Assembly: GCA_024275165.1 (NCBI GenBank)
Contig: JAJRZQ010000002.1
Span: forward strand, 76,679-140,678
DNA length: 64,000 nucleotides
Direction of reading: 5' to 3'
DNA from: a bacterium
Lineage (GTDB): Bacteria; SAR324; XYD2-FULL-50-16
In this document: positions 55,780 to 64,000 of the stretch, one piece after another
Layout of the letters: each line of letters opens with the position of its first letter
How positions within the stretch are numbered: the first letter of the stretch is position 1
Made by a program: the position numbers and the translations under genes
Notes under the pieces: generated by a model
Databases searched by the model: none
Told to the model about the DNA's origin: nothing
The model's input: only the letters and a program-made list of their open reading frames with translations

Positions 55780-57504
55780 GTGGCAATCATGAGCGACTTG
55801 AGCGGTAAGCTGATTCAGCGCTTGAGCAAGGAAACGGAAAAAAATGAAGGGGAATTGGCAGAGCTCTATGCCCAGGCGAGAGAGAAAAACCGCCCCTTTT
55901 CAGAATGGGGGGAAAAAGCCAAGGCCTTTACCCCTACCCAGTACCAAAAGGCCTTGAGTCAAACCTTGGGCCTCGATTTTTTAGAAGACCTACCCGAACT
56001 TTCAGAAGCGCAACGGGAAAAATTTACCGAGGCGATTCCCATTCGTTTTGCGAAAAAATTCTTATTTTATCCCATTTTCGCGGGGGAGGAACTCTGGTTT
56101 GTCACCGCCAAGTCCTGGCCGATCGGGCATTTGGAAGAGGCGGCTCAGGCCTTGGGGTTTTCTCGTTTTCACCTGCGTTTGGCTACGGAGGGGGCCATTA
56201 TCGAAGCGATCAACAAAAGCTTTGACCGCACGGGAGGGAGTGCCGAGGAAGCGGCAGAGGTGTTGGAAGAAGACGAGGAATTTGCCCATTTGGGCCAGTT
56301 GGAAGAAGTGGAAGACCTACTGGACGCGCAAGATGAAGAACCCATTAAAAAATTAATGAATTCTATTTTGTTTCAATCGGTTAAAGAAGGCAGTTCTGAT
56401 GTGCATATTGACCCGACAGCAAAAAACACCCTGGTGCGCAATCGGGTGGATGGGATTTTGCGCCAGGTCGCCTCGGTGCCTAAAGCGGGCCATATCCCCT
56501 TGGTGAACCGGATTAAGGTCATGGCGGGGTTGGACATTTCCACCAAGAATCAACCCCAAGACGGGCGCAGCATGGTTTTATTGGGGGGGAAAAAGGTCGA
56601 TATTCGCGTTTCCGTCATCCCCACAGTACATGGCGAGCGGGCCGTGTTGCGCTTGCTGAATCAAAGCCAGGGAATTAAAAGCCTAGAGCGGATCGGTTTT
56701 TTGCCTGAAATGGCGCGGCAGATTCAAAAAGAATTGTCGCGCCCCCATGGGATTTTGCTGGTCACCGGCCCAACGGGCTCGGGTAAAACCACCACCCTCT
56801 ATTCCGCCTTGAACTTGATTGACGCGGAAGAAAAGAATGTGGTCACGATTGAAGACCCGGTGGAATACCGCATCTCGCAATATGGGCAGATGCAGGTGAA
56901 CGAAAAGATCGGGGTTACCTTTGCCAAGGGGTTGCGCTCCATGTTGCGCCAAGACCCCGATGTCATCATGGTGGGGGAGATGCGTGATTCGGAAACAGCT
57001 CAAATCGCCATTCAGGCCGCCTTGACCGGGCATTTGGTTTTAAGCACCCTGCACACCAACGATGCGCCCTCTTCCATTGTGCGCTTGATTGATATGGGGA
57101 TCGAGCCTTTTTTGGTCTCTTCGACCCTCTCTGCTATTTTAGCCCAGCGCTTGGTGCGCAAAATTTGCCAAAAATGCAAAAAAGAATACAAGCTCTCAGA
57201 TGAAGAGTTGGAGCAGCTCAACCTGCCTCAAGAGGCAAAAAAAATCCTGCGAGGTACTATTTATAAAGGAGTTGGGTGCAAAAACTGCATAGGTACGGGC
57301 TACCAGGGAAGAGTCGGGGTATTTGAGCTGTTGCTCATGAATGACGAGGTTCGCGCCGCCGTGGCATCTTCAGCCGATTCCAATCAAATCAGAGAGCTTG
57401 CCTTAAAAAGCGGGATGACCCCTTTGGTGGTGGATGTAGCCTACAAGGTGGCCGCGGGGGAAACAAGTCTGGAAGAGATGTTGCGCGTCTTTTATGTGGT
57501 TTAG
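55780..57504 (+). CDS. GspE/PilB/MshE-family secretion ATPase (orphan)
   Basis: T2SSE_N domain, Walker A GPTGSGKTTT, Walker B/Asp box, tetracysteine CQKC...CKNC. Confidence 0.85.
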   Translation: MAIMSDLSGKLIQRLSKETEKNEGELAELYAQAREKNRPFSEWGEKAKAFTPTQYQKALSQTLGLDFLEDLPELSEAQREKFTEAIPIRFAKKFLFYPIFAGEELWFVTAKSWPIGHLEEAAQALGFSRFHLRLATEGAIIEAINKSFDRTGGSAEEAAEVLEEDEEFAHLGQLEEVEDLLDAQDEEPIKKLMNSILFQSVKEGSSDVHIDPTAKNTLVRNRVDGILRQVASVPKAGHIPLVNRIKVMAGLDISTKNQPQDGRSMVLLGGKKVDIRVSVIPTVHGERAVLRLLNQSQGIKSLERIGFLPEMARQIQKELSRPHGILLVTGPTGSGKTTTLYSALNLIDAEEKNVVTIEDPVEYRISQYGQMQVNEKIGVTFAKGLRSMLRQDPDVIMVGEMRDSETAQIAIQAALTGHLVLSTLHTNDAPSSIVRLIDMGIEPFLVSSTLSAILAQRLVRKICQKCKKEYKLSDEELEQLNLPQEAKKILRGTIYKGVGCKNCIGTGYQGRVGVFELLLMNDEVRAAVASSADSNQIRELALKSGMTPLVVDVAYKVAAGETSLEEMLRVFYVV

Positions 57505-57656
57505 TTCCCTCTGGATTTCTTGATTTTAGAAGTACTGAAAAATTCATTTCTCGACCCTGAAAAATTGAATAAGTCTAAGTATGGACTGGTGTAGAGGTTT
57601 TTTCCTTTCAAACGAAAGGGCCTAGTGTGGCCCCTTTTCTATTTCGCGGTTAAGTC

Positions 57657-59312
57657 ATGAAAGATAGCAAACCCAAGGGGTTGAGTTTACTTTACGACCT
57701 CCCCCTACTCTATAAATGGATGCTGTTCGCAGTTTTGACTCTCAGCGGCATTACCTTGCTTTTAGGGCTCGGCTTCCCCGAGCGTATCGCTCAAGACCAA
57801 CTCGAACAGCTCAAGGTTTTTGGCAAAAGCCAGACCTTAATGGTCGCTAAGATGACCGAAGAAAGCCTACGCAGCCGCAATGTAGCTTTATTGGAGCAAA
57901 GCTTGACCCTTTTGGAAGAAGAGGTGATCTCGCAAGAGCTTGGGCTTTTTGAGGTTTCCGTGATCCTGTTTCCCTCCGGTTACTTCTATGCCTCGACCAA
58001 TTCCGCCTTTGTGGGGAAAACAGCCCATCAAAGCTTACTCAAACGCTTGGCGGGGAGCATGGATAAGCGGGTCCAGGTAAGTTTGGTCAGCTATCATTCC
58101 TTAGGGAAAACCATTCGGGCCTTTCAGTTTACCAAAGATATCCTGATGGATTCAGCGGGCTCTAAAGTGAAGGTCGCCAGTGCGCAAACCCTGCTGGGCT
58201 ATGATCATATCGTCTTTCAAGTACAAAAGAAAATTTTTATTATCGGGGTCTGGGCGATTTTATTTGCCTTGGCTCTGATCTGGGTTGTCGCGGTTCCGGT
58301 TATTCATGCCTTAAATCGCGCTACGGAGGGGATGAGCGCGGTGATGCAGAAGAATTTTCAACTTCGCTACCACCCCGAAACAAAAGATGAGGTGGGGCTT
58401 TTGCTGCTTCGTTTCAACCAGATGAGTCAGTTTTTGCTGGGCTTTTATCAAGAATACCAAAGGCTGAATGAAAAGCTTTTAGAGCAGGTGCCGGGCAAGC
58501 CCGATACCGCCTTGGACATCGCCACGGTGCGCAAGGCGGAGCTGACCTGTTTAGCCGCCAGGTTGCCCGGGTTGCAAGAGGTGATACATCGGGAGACGCC
58601 AGAACATATTGTGGGCTTTGTAGAGCAGTTTTTGACCAATTTCAACAACCGGATTACCGAGAGCGGCGGGCAGGTGGTGAAGGTTTTGGGAGATAAGGTC
58701 TACTGCCTTTTTGAGGGGATCAATGGGGTCAACAACGCCTTGCGTGCCGCGGCGCTCATCAGCCAAACCTGGAAGGGGATCAACCACGAAAAAAAGGTTT
58801 TTGGCAAGGATGCCTTTCACTACGGGATCGGGCTGCATTCTGCCGAGGGGATCTCTGGGAATATCGGCCACGGGGCCGATAGTTATAGTTTTATCGGGGA
58901 TGGGGCAAAGGTCGCCGCCTTTTTGTGTTCCGCGGCCAAATCGGGGGAGATTCTCATCACGGGGAGCATGCTGGAAAAGGCGCAACATACCTATCAAACC
59001 AGAGAGGTTAAAGATTTACCCAGCCGATTTTTAGGGATTGACGAAGCGATTATTTCTTTGCAAGAGGCGGGTTTGCCCCCTAAGGAGGCCCCCAACTCGA
59101 TCCCGCGGCAGGAAAAAAAGTCCGCGCCGAGCTTTAAGGTCCAGAACGCGGAGGGCGGGATTCCCGATATGATGGAAGAGACCTACGAGGCGGCGCCCCT
59201 CTCCTTGGAAATAAAAAATCGGATGGACGAACCCCTAGAAGAGGTCAATTGGGATCAGGAAGATTTTTTCTTAGATCACCCCTTAGATGATTCCGAAGAG
59301 GAAAAAAAATAA
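57657..59312 (+). CDS. membrane-bound class III adenylate/guanylate cyclase with HAMP domain
   Basis: 2 TM + HAMP + CYC domain (FVEQFLTNFNNRITESGGQVVKVLGDKVYCLFEG...GIGLHSAEGISGNIG). Confidence 0.75.
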   Translation: MKDSKPKGLSLLYDLPLLYKWMLFAVLTLSGITLLLGLGFPERIAQDQLEQLKVFGKSQTLMVAKMTEESLRSRNVALLEQSLTLLEEEVISQELGLFEVSVILFPSGYFYASTNSAFVGKTAHQSLLKRLAGSMDKRVQVSLVSYHSLGKTIRAFQFTKDILMDSAGSKVKVASAQTLLGYDHIVFQVQKKIFIIGVWAILFALALIWVVAVPVIHALNRATEGMSAVMQKNFQLRYHPETKDEVGLLLLRFNQMSQFLLGFYQEYQRLNEKLLEQVPGKPDTALDIATVRKAELTCLAARLPGLQEVIHRETPEHIVGFVEQFLTNFNNRITESGGQVVKVLGDKVYCLFEGINGVNNALRAAALISQTWKGINHEKKVFGKDAFHYGIGLHSAEGISGNIGHGADSYSFIGDGAKVAAFLCSAAKSGEILITGSMLEKAQHTYQTREVKDLPSRFLGIDEAIISLQEAGLPPKEAPNSIPRQEKKSAPSFKVQNAEGGIPDMMEETYEAAPLSLEIKNRMDEPLEEVNWDQEDFFLDHPLDDSEEEKK

Positions 59313-59341
59313 AGGGCCTCGGGGCTCGCGGAATCAAATTC

Positions 59342-59740
59342 TCAGTTCTCCTTGACCTCATTGGTATTCCAGGGGGGGACTTGAATCACCACATCTACAG
59401 TCCCGTCTGGGACGCAGCAGCAGGCTAGGCGGGAGTTGAGTTTCACGCCTCGCGCCTTGTCGAGGTAGTCTTCTTCTCTTTCACTGGTCTCATTGGTGCT
59501 GTCTAACCCGGCTTCGACATAGATATGGCAGGTACTGCAAGCCTGCACCCCGCCGCAGCTATGCTCAATGAGGTGTTCGTCCTTCGCGCTGACGATATCT
59601 AAAATACTGCCCGGCAGCCCGTGCCGACTATAGGGAATCTGTTCAGGCCGAACCTCCAACTCCACCCCCTTGGGCAGAAGGGTAATGCGATAGCCTTTTT
59701 TAGGTGGTGGAGGGCAGGGAACCCGATATTTTCGAGTCAT
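59342..59740 (-). CDS. [2Fe-2S] ferredoxin (adrenodoxin/Fdx type)
   Basis: C..GG.QACSTCH...C ligand pattern. Confidence 0.75.
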   Translation of the reverse strand: MTRKYRVPCPPPPKKGYRITLLPKGVELEVRPEQIPYSRHGLPGSILDIVSAKDEHLIEHSCGGVQACSTCHIYVEAGLDSTNETSEREEDYLDKARGVKLNSRLACCCVPDGTVDVVIQVPPWNTNEVKEN

Positions 59741-60579
59741 AATCTTTTATAGTTGGCTTTATTTGTCAGCCCATAGACCACAATGCCAATCGCTTCATGC
59801 AGGGCCAGCGCGCTTTGACCCAAGCCTGGGTAAGAAGGAATGAAGTGGTTGAGCCTTAAGGTTTTAGGGGTTCTGATATCCGTACTCATATAGTCTAGCT
59901 CAAGCCCGAGCTTTTGAAAACAGCCTTGGACGCGAAAAGCGTGAAAGGCGCTGGTGACCACCAGGCCCCGGCTCCATCCCCTTTGGTGAAGAATTTCCGC
60001 GCTCTTTTCGGCGTTTTCCGCCGTATTGCGCGATTGAGTTTCTACTAAGATACGAGCGGGATCAACCCCTAATGTTTGCTTTGCGAAACGAGCCAGTTGC
60101 TCTGCCTCGCTGCGTTGAACCGCGCGCAGGCTGCCGCTGCGCCCCGTAATCAAGAGATAATCCGCTCTGCCCGATTTCACCAGTTTGCTGCCGAGTAAGA
60201 TGCGCTCTACGGCGTCGCCAAAGGGGAGGAGGCCCTTGCCCCCCTGGTTGGTTTCGGGTTTCAGCATCCCGCTGAAGACGATGACCACCGGATAATGCTT
60301 TTGCAAGGGGGTTGGTGGGACTAGGGTTTCTAAGCTGGAAAGTAAAGCATTCCCCATGGCGGGGCAACTGAGGAGGGTGATGAAGGCCCAGATCCCCCAC
60401 CAGAGCTTTTTCAAAGGCCCCCTGAGCCGGTAAATCGCGCAGGCGCTCAAGGCCAAGAGCCAGACCAAGGGGTCGAGTAGGAATAAGAGCAGTTTAGAAA
60501 GAATAAAGAACATTGACAGTCTAGAAGAAAGCCTTGAAACATAAAGGAAACACCAATAAACAGGCCTAGTATGGGCCAC
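59737..60579 (-). CDS. DUF218 (YdcF/SanA/ElyC) family envelope protein
   Basis: N-terminal TMs, YLLITGRSGS... and TSAFHAFR. Confidence 0.65.
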   Translation of the reverse strand: MAHTRPVYWCFLYVSRLSSRLSMFFILSKLLLFLLDPLVWLLALSACAIYRLRGPLKKLWWGIWAFITLLSCPAMGNALLSSLETLVPPTPLQKHYPVVIVFSGMLKPETNQGGKGLLPFGDAVERILLGSKLVKSGRADYLLITGRSGSLRAVQRSEAEQLARFAKQTLGVDPARILVETQSRNTAENAEKSAEILHQRGWSRGLVVTSAFHAFRVQGCFQKLGLELDYMSTDIRTPKTLRLNHFIPSYPGLGQSALALHEAIGIVVYGLTNKANYKRL

Positions 60580-60595
60580 GCCTTAGGTCTCGTCA

Positions 60596-61402
60596 ATGTC
60601 GCGAAAACCCTGCCTTTTAAGTTTTGCCGGATTCGACCCCTCTGGAGGGGCCGGTATTTTGGCGGACCTTGCTGTTTTTAATGCCTTGGGTTGCCGGGGG
60701 ATGGCGGTCGCCACCGCCTTGACCGCGCAAAACAGCCAAGGGGTGAGTTCTTGGGAGCCCGTTGCCCCAGAGTTGTTGCAACATCAATTGCGGGCCTTGG
60801 TTGCTGACTTTTCTTTTGCGGGGGTGAAACTGGGGATGCTGGGGCGGGCCTCTGCGATTGCGGCTTGGTTAGAGGTCTGGGAGCCCGCGAAATTTGGGTT
60901 TTTGTTGCTGGATCCGTTGATTTTTTCCTCTTCCGGGTTGGCCTTGCTCGACCCGGCCGCCCAGGCCCTTTTGGTGCAAAAAATATTTCCCTTCGTGGAT
61001 TTGCTGACGCCGAACCTACCGGAAGGGGAAGCCTTGACCAAGATAAAGCTTCCCTCTCCAGGGGGGGCAAACTCTCCAGAGTTTTCAGAAGCTTTGCTGC
61101 AAATGGGGGAGGCCCTACTGGCCCTGGGGCCAAAAGCGGTTTTGTTGAAGGGGGGGCATGGGCAAGGCCCCGCGGTGGATTATCTGTTTAGGCCGGGGCA
61201 GCGCCAGGCTTTTTCTCTTCCTCGTCTTTCTGGCCCAAGCCCTCATGGCACGGGCTGTCATTTGAGCAGCGCTATCTTAGCTCGCTTGAGCTTAGGGGAT
61301 AGCTTGCCCGAAGCGGTGTCTCGGGCAAAGGGGCTGTTGAGCGCTTGGATGCAAAATGCCCAATCCCTAGGCCAAGGCAATCCTTATTTATTTCCTTTTT
61401 GA
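60596..61402 (+). CDS. thiD: hydroxymethylpyrimidine/phosphomethylpyrimidine kinase
   Basis: LLSFAGFDPSGGAGILADL..., ribokinase-like GG motif. Confidence 0.8.
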   Translation: MSRKPCLLSFAGFDPSGGAGILADLAVFNALGCRGMAVATALTAQNSQGVSSWEPVAPELLQHQLRALVADFSFAGVKLGMLGRASAIAAWLEVWEPAKFGFLLLDPLIFSSSGLALLDPAAQALLVQKIFPFVDLLTPNLPEGEALTKIKLPSPGGANSPEFSEALLQMGEALLALGPKAVLLKGGHGQGPAVDYLFRPGQRQAFSLPRLSGPSPHGTGCHLSSAILARLSLGDSLPEAVSRAKGLLSAWMQNAQSLGQGNPYLFPF

Positions 61403-61439
61403 GGCCTTTGTTTTTGGTGTCATCCTTACCTTATATATA

Positions 61440-61650
61440 GGAACCTCTGAAAAACTCCCTGCCTACCGCTTGTTCAAGCGGTAGGTTCGTGCCCTGCGGG
61501 CTGATGATAGCCCTTGGGGCGCGTCAAATTTTTCCGTCTTTTTGGTGGGGAATGAAATCCACAATCCCAACGCGAATCCATAAGTCGCGCTTTTTGCTTT
61601 GGCAAGGCATCCCTGCCTTGCGGGGAAACTCCGCGTTTTTCAGAGTTTCC
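61440..61650 (-). repeat. MITE-like repeat element copy B (inverted relative to copy A)
   Basis: reverse complement aligns to 8795-9002 over its whole length (~85-90% id) including both terminal hairpins. Confidence 0.8.
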
Positions 61651-61811
61651 TATAATTATAGGGTTGGGAATCCCGCACAAAGCGAAGTATCTTTGAAATA
61701 TAATTTATTGTTATCATTATATTATTCAAAAAAATTGGAGAAAGGGCTCAAGTTTCTCTCCCCCATGCCGAAAGAGAGTCAAGCCTTCGTAAGGAGGTGA
61801 AAAAAAGTTAC

Positions 61812-61838
61812 TCAAGTTTCGGCGGTTCATGCCGATAA
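61812..61838 (+). promoter_or_regulatory. sigma-28 (FliA) promoter for flagellin
   Basis: TCAAGTTT-N11-GCCGATAA vs consensus TAAAGTTT-N11-GCCGATAA; 55 nt upstream of flagellin ATG. Confidence 0.7.
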
Positions 61839-61893
61839 GGAAATAAAAGCGGTCGGGATCGGCAAAGTCCCGGCGCAAAAATGGAGCAAAACA

Positions 61894-62886
61894 ATGAGCT
61901 TAAAAATCAATCACAATACGGCGGCAATTAATTCCTGGAGGAATTTAAAGGCCACCGATGACGCAATGAATAAGACCTTAGAGCACTTAAGCAGTGGCAA
62001 AAAATTAAACCGCGCTTCAGACGGCCCCGCCAACATGGTCATCGCCGAGCAAATGCGCGGCCAAGTGGCCAGTTTGGAACAGGCGACCAGCAATAGCGAA
62101 ATCGCCATTTCCATGGTGCAAACCGCAGAAGGCAGCTTAAACGAAGTGAGCAATATCTTGATCCGCTTGCGCCAACTGTCGCTACACGCGGCCAACGAAG
62201 GGGCCAACGACGACAAGATGCTGGCCGCGGATCAAGCAGAGATCGACAACTTGATCAGCACTTTAGATGGAATCAGTCACCAGGCGCAGTTCGGTACCCG
62301 GATGCTCTTAGATGGTTCCAACGGAATCAGCGGGGTCGGTGTGGGCGATGGGATTCGCTTTGTCTCGGCGATTACCGAGACCGAATCGAGCCCGGCAGAC
62401 GGCTACGAGGTGGATATCACCCAAGCGGCGACCAAAGCGAGACTGGAGGGCTCCAGGCCCTTGTCAGATGAGGAGGTCAATGGGGGCAATATCCAAATCA
62501 CCCTGCACGAAGGGGGAAAAAGCCTCACCTACTATACCAAGGTAGGCGAAACCATGGAAGCGATTGTAAAAAATCTAAGCCAGCAGGCAAAGCAGAATAA
62601 TCTTAAACTGGAGTTTGGGATTACCGAAGACAAACGCATGTGGGTCGAACATTTGGAATATGGCTCGGAGCCGAGTTTCGGCGCCGTGGTCGGAGTCGCG
62701 GGCATTTTAACCGAGGAGGCGAACAACTTGGGCGAAGCCGTTCAAGGGACGGATGTCCAGGGCACCATTGGGGGCGAACTGGCCTACGGGGACGGGCAAT
62801 ATCTCACGGGGGCGAAGGGCACCAAGGCCGAGGGTCTGGTGTTGCAATATACCGGTTGGGTAAAAACCCAAATCCAATTGGATTAA
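61894..62886 (+). CDS. fliC: flagellin, N-terminal fragment (terminated by in-frame TAA)
   Basis: conserved flagellin N-domain MSLKINHNTAAINSWRNL... Confidence 0.8.
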   Translation: MSLKINHNTAAINSWRNLKATDDAMNKTLEHLSSGKKLNRASDGPANMVIAEQMRGQVASLEQATSNSEIAISMVQTAEGSLNEVSNILIRLRQLSLHAANEGANDDKMLAADQAEIDNLISTLDGISHQAQFGTRMLLDGSNGISGVGVGDGIRFVSAITETESSPADGYEVDITQAATKARLEGSRPLSDEEVNGGNIQITLHEGGKSLTYYTKVGETMEAIVKNLSQQAKQNNLKLEFGITEDKRMWVEHLEYGSEPSFGAVVGVAGILTEEANNLGEAVQGTDVQGTIGGELAYGDGQYLTGAKGTKAEGLVLQYTGWVKTQIQLD

Positions 62887-62922
62887 CAGGGCAACCCCAT
62901 CCCGGGGGAAGACGGCAAACCC

Positions 62923-63402
62923 TTGCCCCCGAAGGATAAAGCGGAAGGCGCGGTTTATGTGACCAATAACGCCCTCAATTTTCAGATCGGCCCGGCGCAG
63001 GAGCAAACCGCGCGCATCGCTTTACCCAATATCAACGCGCATTCTTTAGGGCGCGGGGTGAAGAACGATTCGGGTTATGCCAGCTTGGGCGAGATTGATG
63101 TGACCACTTTTCAAGGGGCGCAAGACGCTCTCTTGATGATTGATCAGGCGGTCCATGAAGTGACCAATGTGCGGGGCAAGTTGGGTGCTTTCCAAAAGAA
63201 TACCTTGGAGATCAACCTGAACAATCTGCGCTACTCCACAGAAAACCTCATGTCGGCAGAGAGCGAGTTGCGAGATACCGATATGGCCGCGGAGATGAGC
63301 GAGTTTACGAAACAGCAGATTCTCTTAGCAAGCGGCACCGCCATGTTGGGGCAGGCGAACCAAACGCCCAAGGCGGTATTGAATCTCTTAAACGCCCAGT
63401 AA
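62923..63402 (+). CDS. fliC: flagellin, C-terminal fragment in same frame as 61894 ORF
   Basis: conserved flagellin C-domain ...LRYSTENLMSAESELRDTDMAAEMSEFTKQQILLASGTAMLGQANQTPKAVLNLL. Confidence 0.75.
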   Translation: MPPKDKAEGAVYVTNNALNFQIGPAQEQTARIALPNINAHSLGRGVKNDSGYASLGEIDVTTFQGAQDALLMIDQAVHEVTNVRGKLGAFQKNTLEINLNNLRYSTENLMSAESELRDTDMAAEMSEFTKQQILLASGTAMLGQANQTPKAVLNLLNAQ

Positions 63403-63572
63403 GGGCGTGAAGGCGAGTGAATGGCAGGGGGCTTATCGCCCTTAGAATAGGCCTGGGGTGGATTGAACCCCGCCCCTCGCCTTGAGCGAGTAAAAAGCAA
63501 TAATAAAATCAACCCTGAGAAGGGTTAAACAGAACGCACCCGGTGGCAAGCCGGGTCTAATGGAGCAAGGCA

Positions 63573-63989
63573 ATGGCACAAGGAAGGCCTTATCAGGCAT
63601 ATCAATCCAACGGGGTAAGTACCTCCAACCAAAAGCAGTTGGTGGTCATGCTCTTTGACGGGATGCACCGCTTCTTGAGCCAATCGATCAAGGCTTTAGC
63701 GGAAGACGACTTTGAGGGAACCCACCTCTTTTTACACAAGACAGGAAAGATTCTCTTAGAGTTGATTTCTACCTTGAGTGAGGAAAAGGGTGGGGAAATT
63801 GCCCGGAATTTAAAGAACATCTACCTTTTTTGTTACGAACAGGTGGTGATTGCGAACCTGAAAAAAGAGGAGCAACTCATCTTAGATGTGCAGGATATTT
63901 TAAACAATATCAGGATGGGCTTTAAAGCGGCGACCCAAAAACAACAGGTTACGGGTACGGCGCCCCAAGCACTCAGGGTAACGGGATAA
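63573..63989 (+). CDS. fliS: flagellin-specific export chaperone FliS
   Basis: 138 aa, AYQSNGVSTSNQKQLVVMLFDGMHRFL pattern. Confidence 0.8.
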   Translation: MAQGRPYQAYQSNGVSTSNQKQLVVMLFDGMHRFLSQSIKALAEDDFEGTHLFLHKTGKILLELISTLSEEKGGEIARNLKNIYLFCYEQVVIANLKKEEQLILDVQDILNNIRMGFKAATQKQQVTGTAPQALRVTG

Positions 63990-64000
63990 GCGGCATGATC

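Noticed and set aside
57657-59312. Class III nucleotide cyclase as a Pycsar-type antiphage cyclase
   Set aside because: Has 2 TM + HAMP signalling architecture and no adjacent TIR/TM effector gene; consistent with ordinary cAMP signalling.
1-64000. CRISPR arrays, rRNA, tRNA genes
   Set aside because: No regularly spaced direct repeats with unique spacers; no tRNA-like GTTCGAATC T-loop contexts or rRNA-scale non-coding stretches were found.

Overview
This 64 kb window is bacterial chromosome at roughly 55% GC, densely coding on both strands.

Housekeeping genes: rsgA (5' partial), leuS, map with an N-terminal SEC-C zinc finger, an RNase E/G with a repetitive basic tail, an HU gene, hldE, rsmD, rsmI, a UbiD-family decarboxylase, lspA, an lptD operon, htpG, a tatD-family gene, xseB and thiD.

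Cobalamin: a cobS-cobU-cobT operon preceded by a well-conserved cobalamin riboswitch on the minus strand.

Efflux cluster: a six-gene, tightly packed and visibly more AT-rich cluster of TetR, MMPL, MMPL, a LolA-like periplasmic protein, an outer-membrane beta-barrel and a second TetR. This looks like a horizontally acquired, uncharacterised envelope-spanning lipid or drug export system and is my best candidate for something novel.

Flagella and second messengers: flagellar genes are scattered rather than clustered (fliG, fliP-fliQ, flagellin, fliS). They sit next to c-di-GMP and cAMP signalling genes: a REC-GGDEF cyclase abutting fliG, a PilZ protein, a HAMP class III cyclase and an MshE/GspE-like ATPase. 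A 7TMR-DISM hybrid sensor kinase is also present.

Repeats: a ~210 bp MITE-like repeat occurs in two inverted copies, and its terminal hairpin ('ggaacctctgaaaaa...') recurs alone at at least three further intergenic sites.

Disrupted reading frames: flagellin and one hypothetical gene each carry an in-frame TAA; a PHP phosphatase is frameshifted; a fliG-downstream gene is frameshifted at a C9/G7 homopolymer tract. These point to gene decay, phase variation or assembly errors.

No CRISPR array, rRNA or tRNA was seen. All functional calls rest on motifs I recognised by eye, with no database search.
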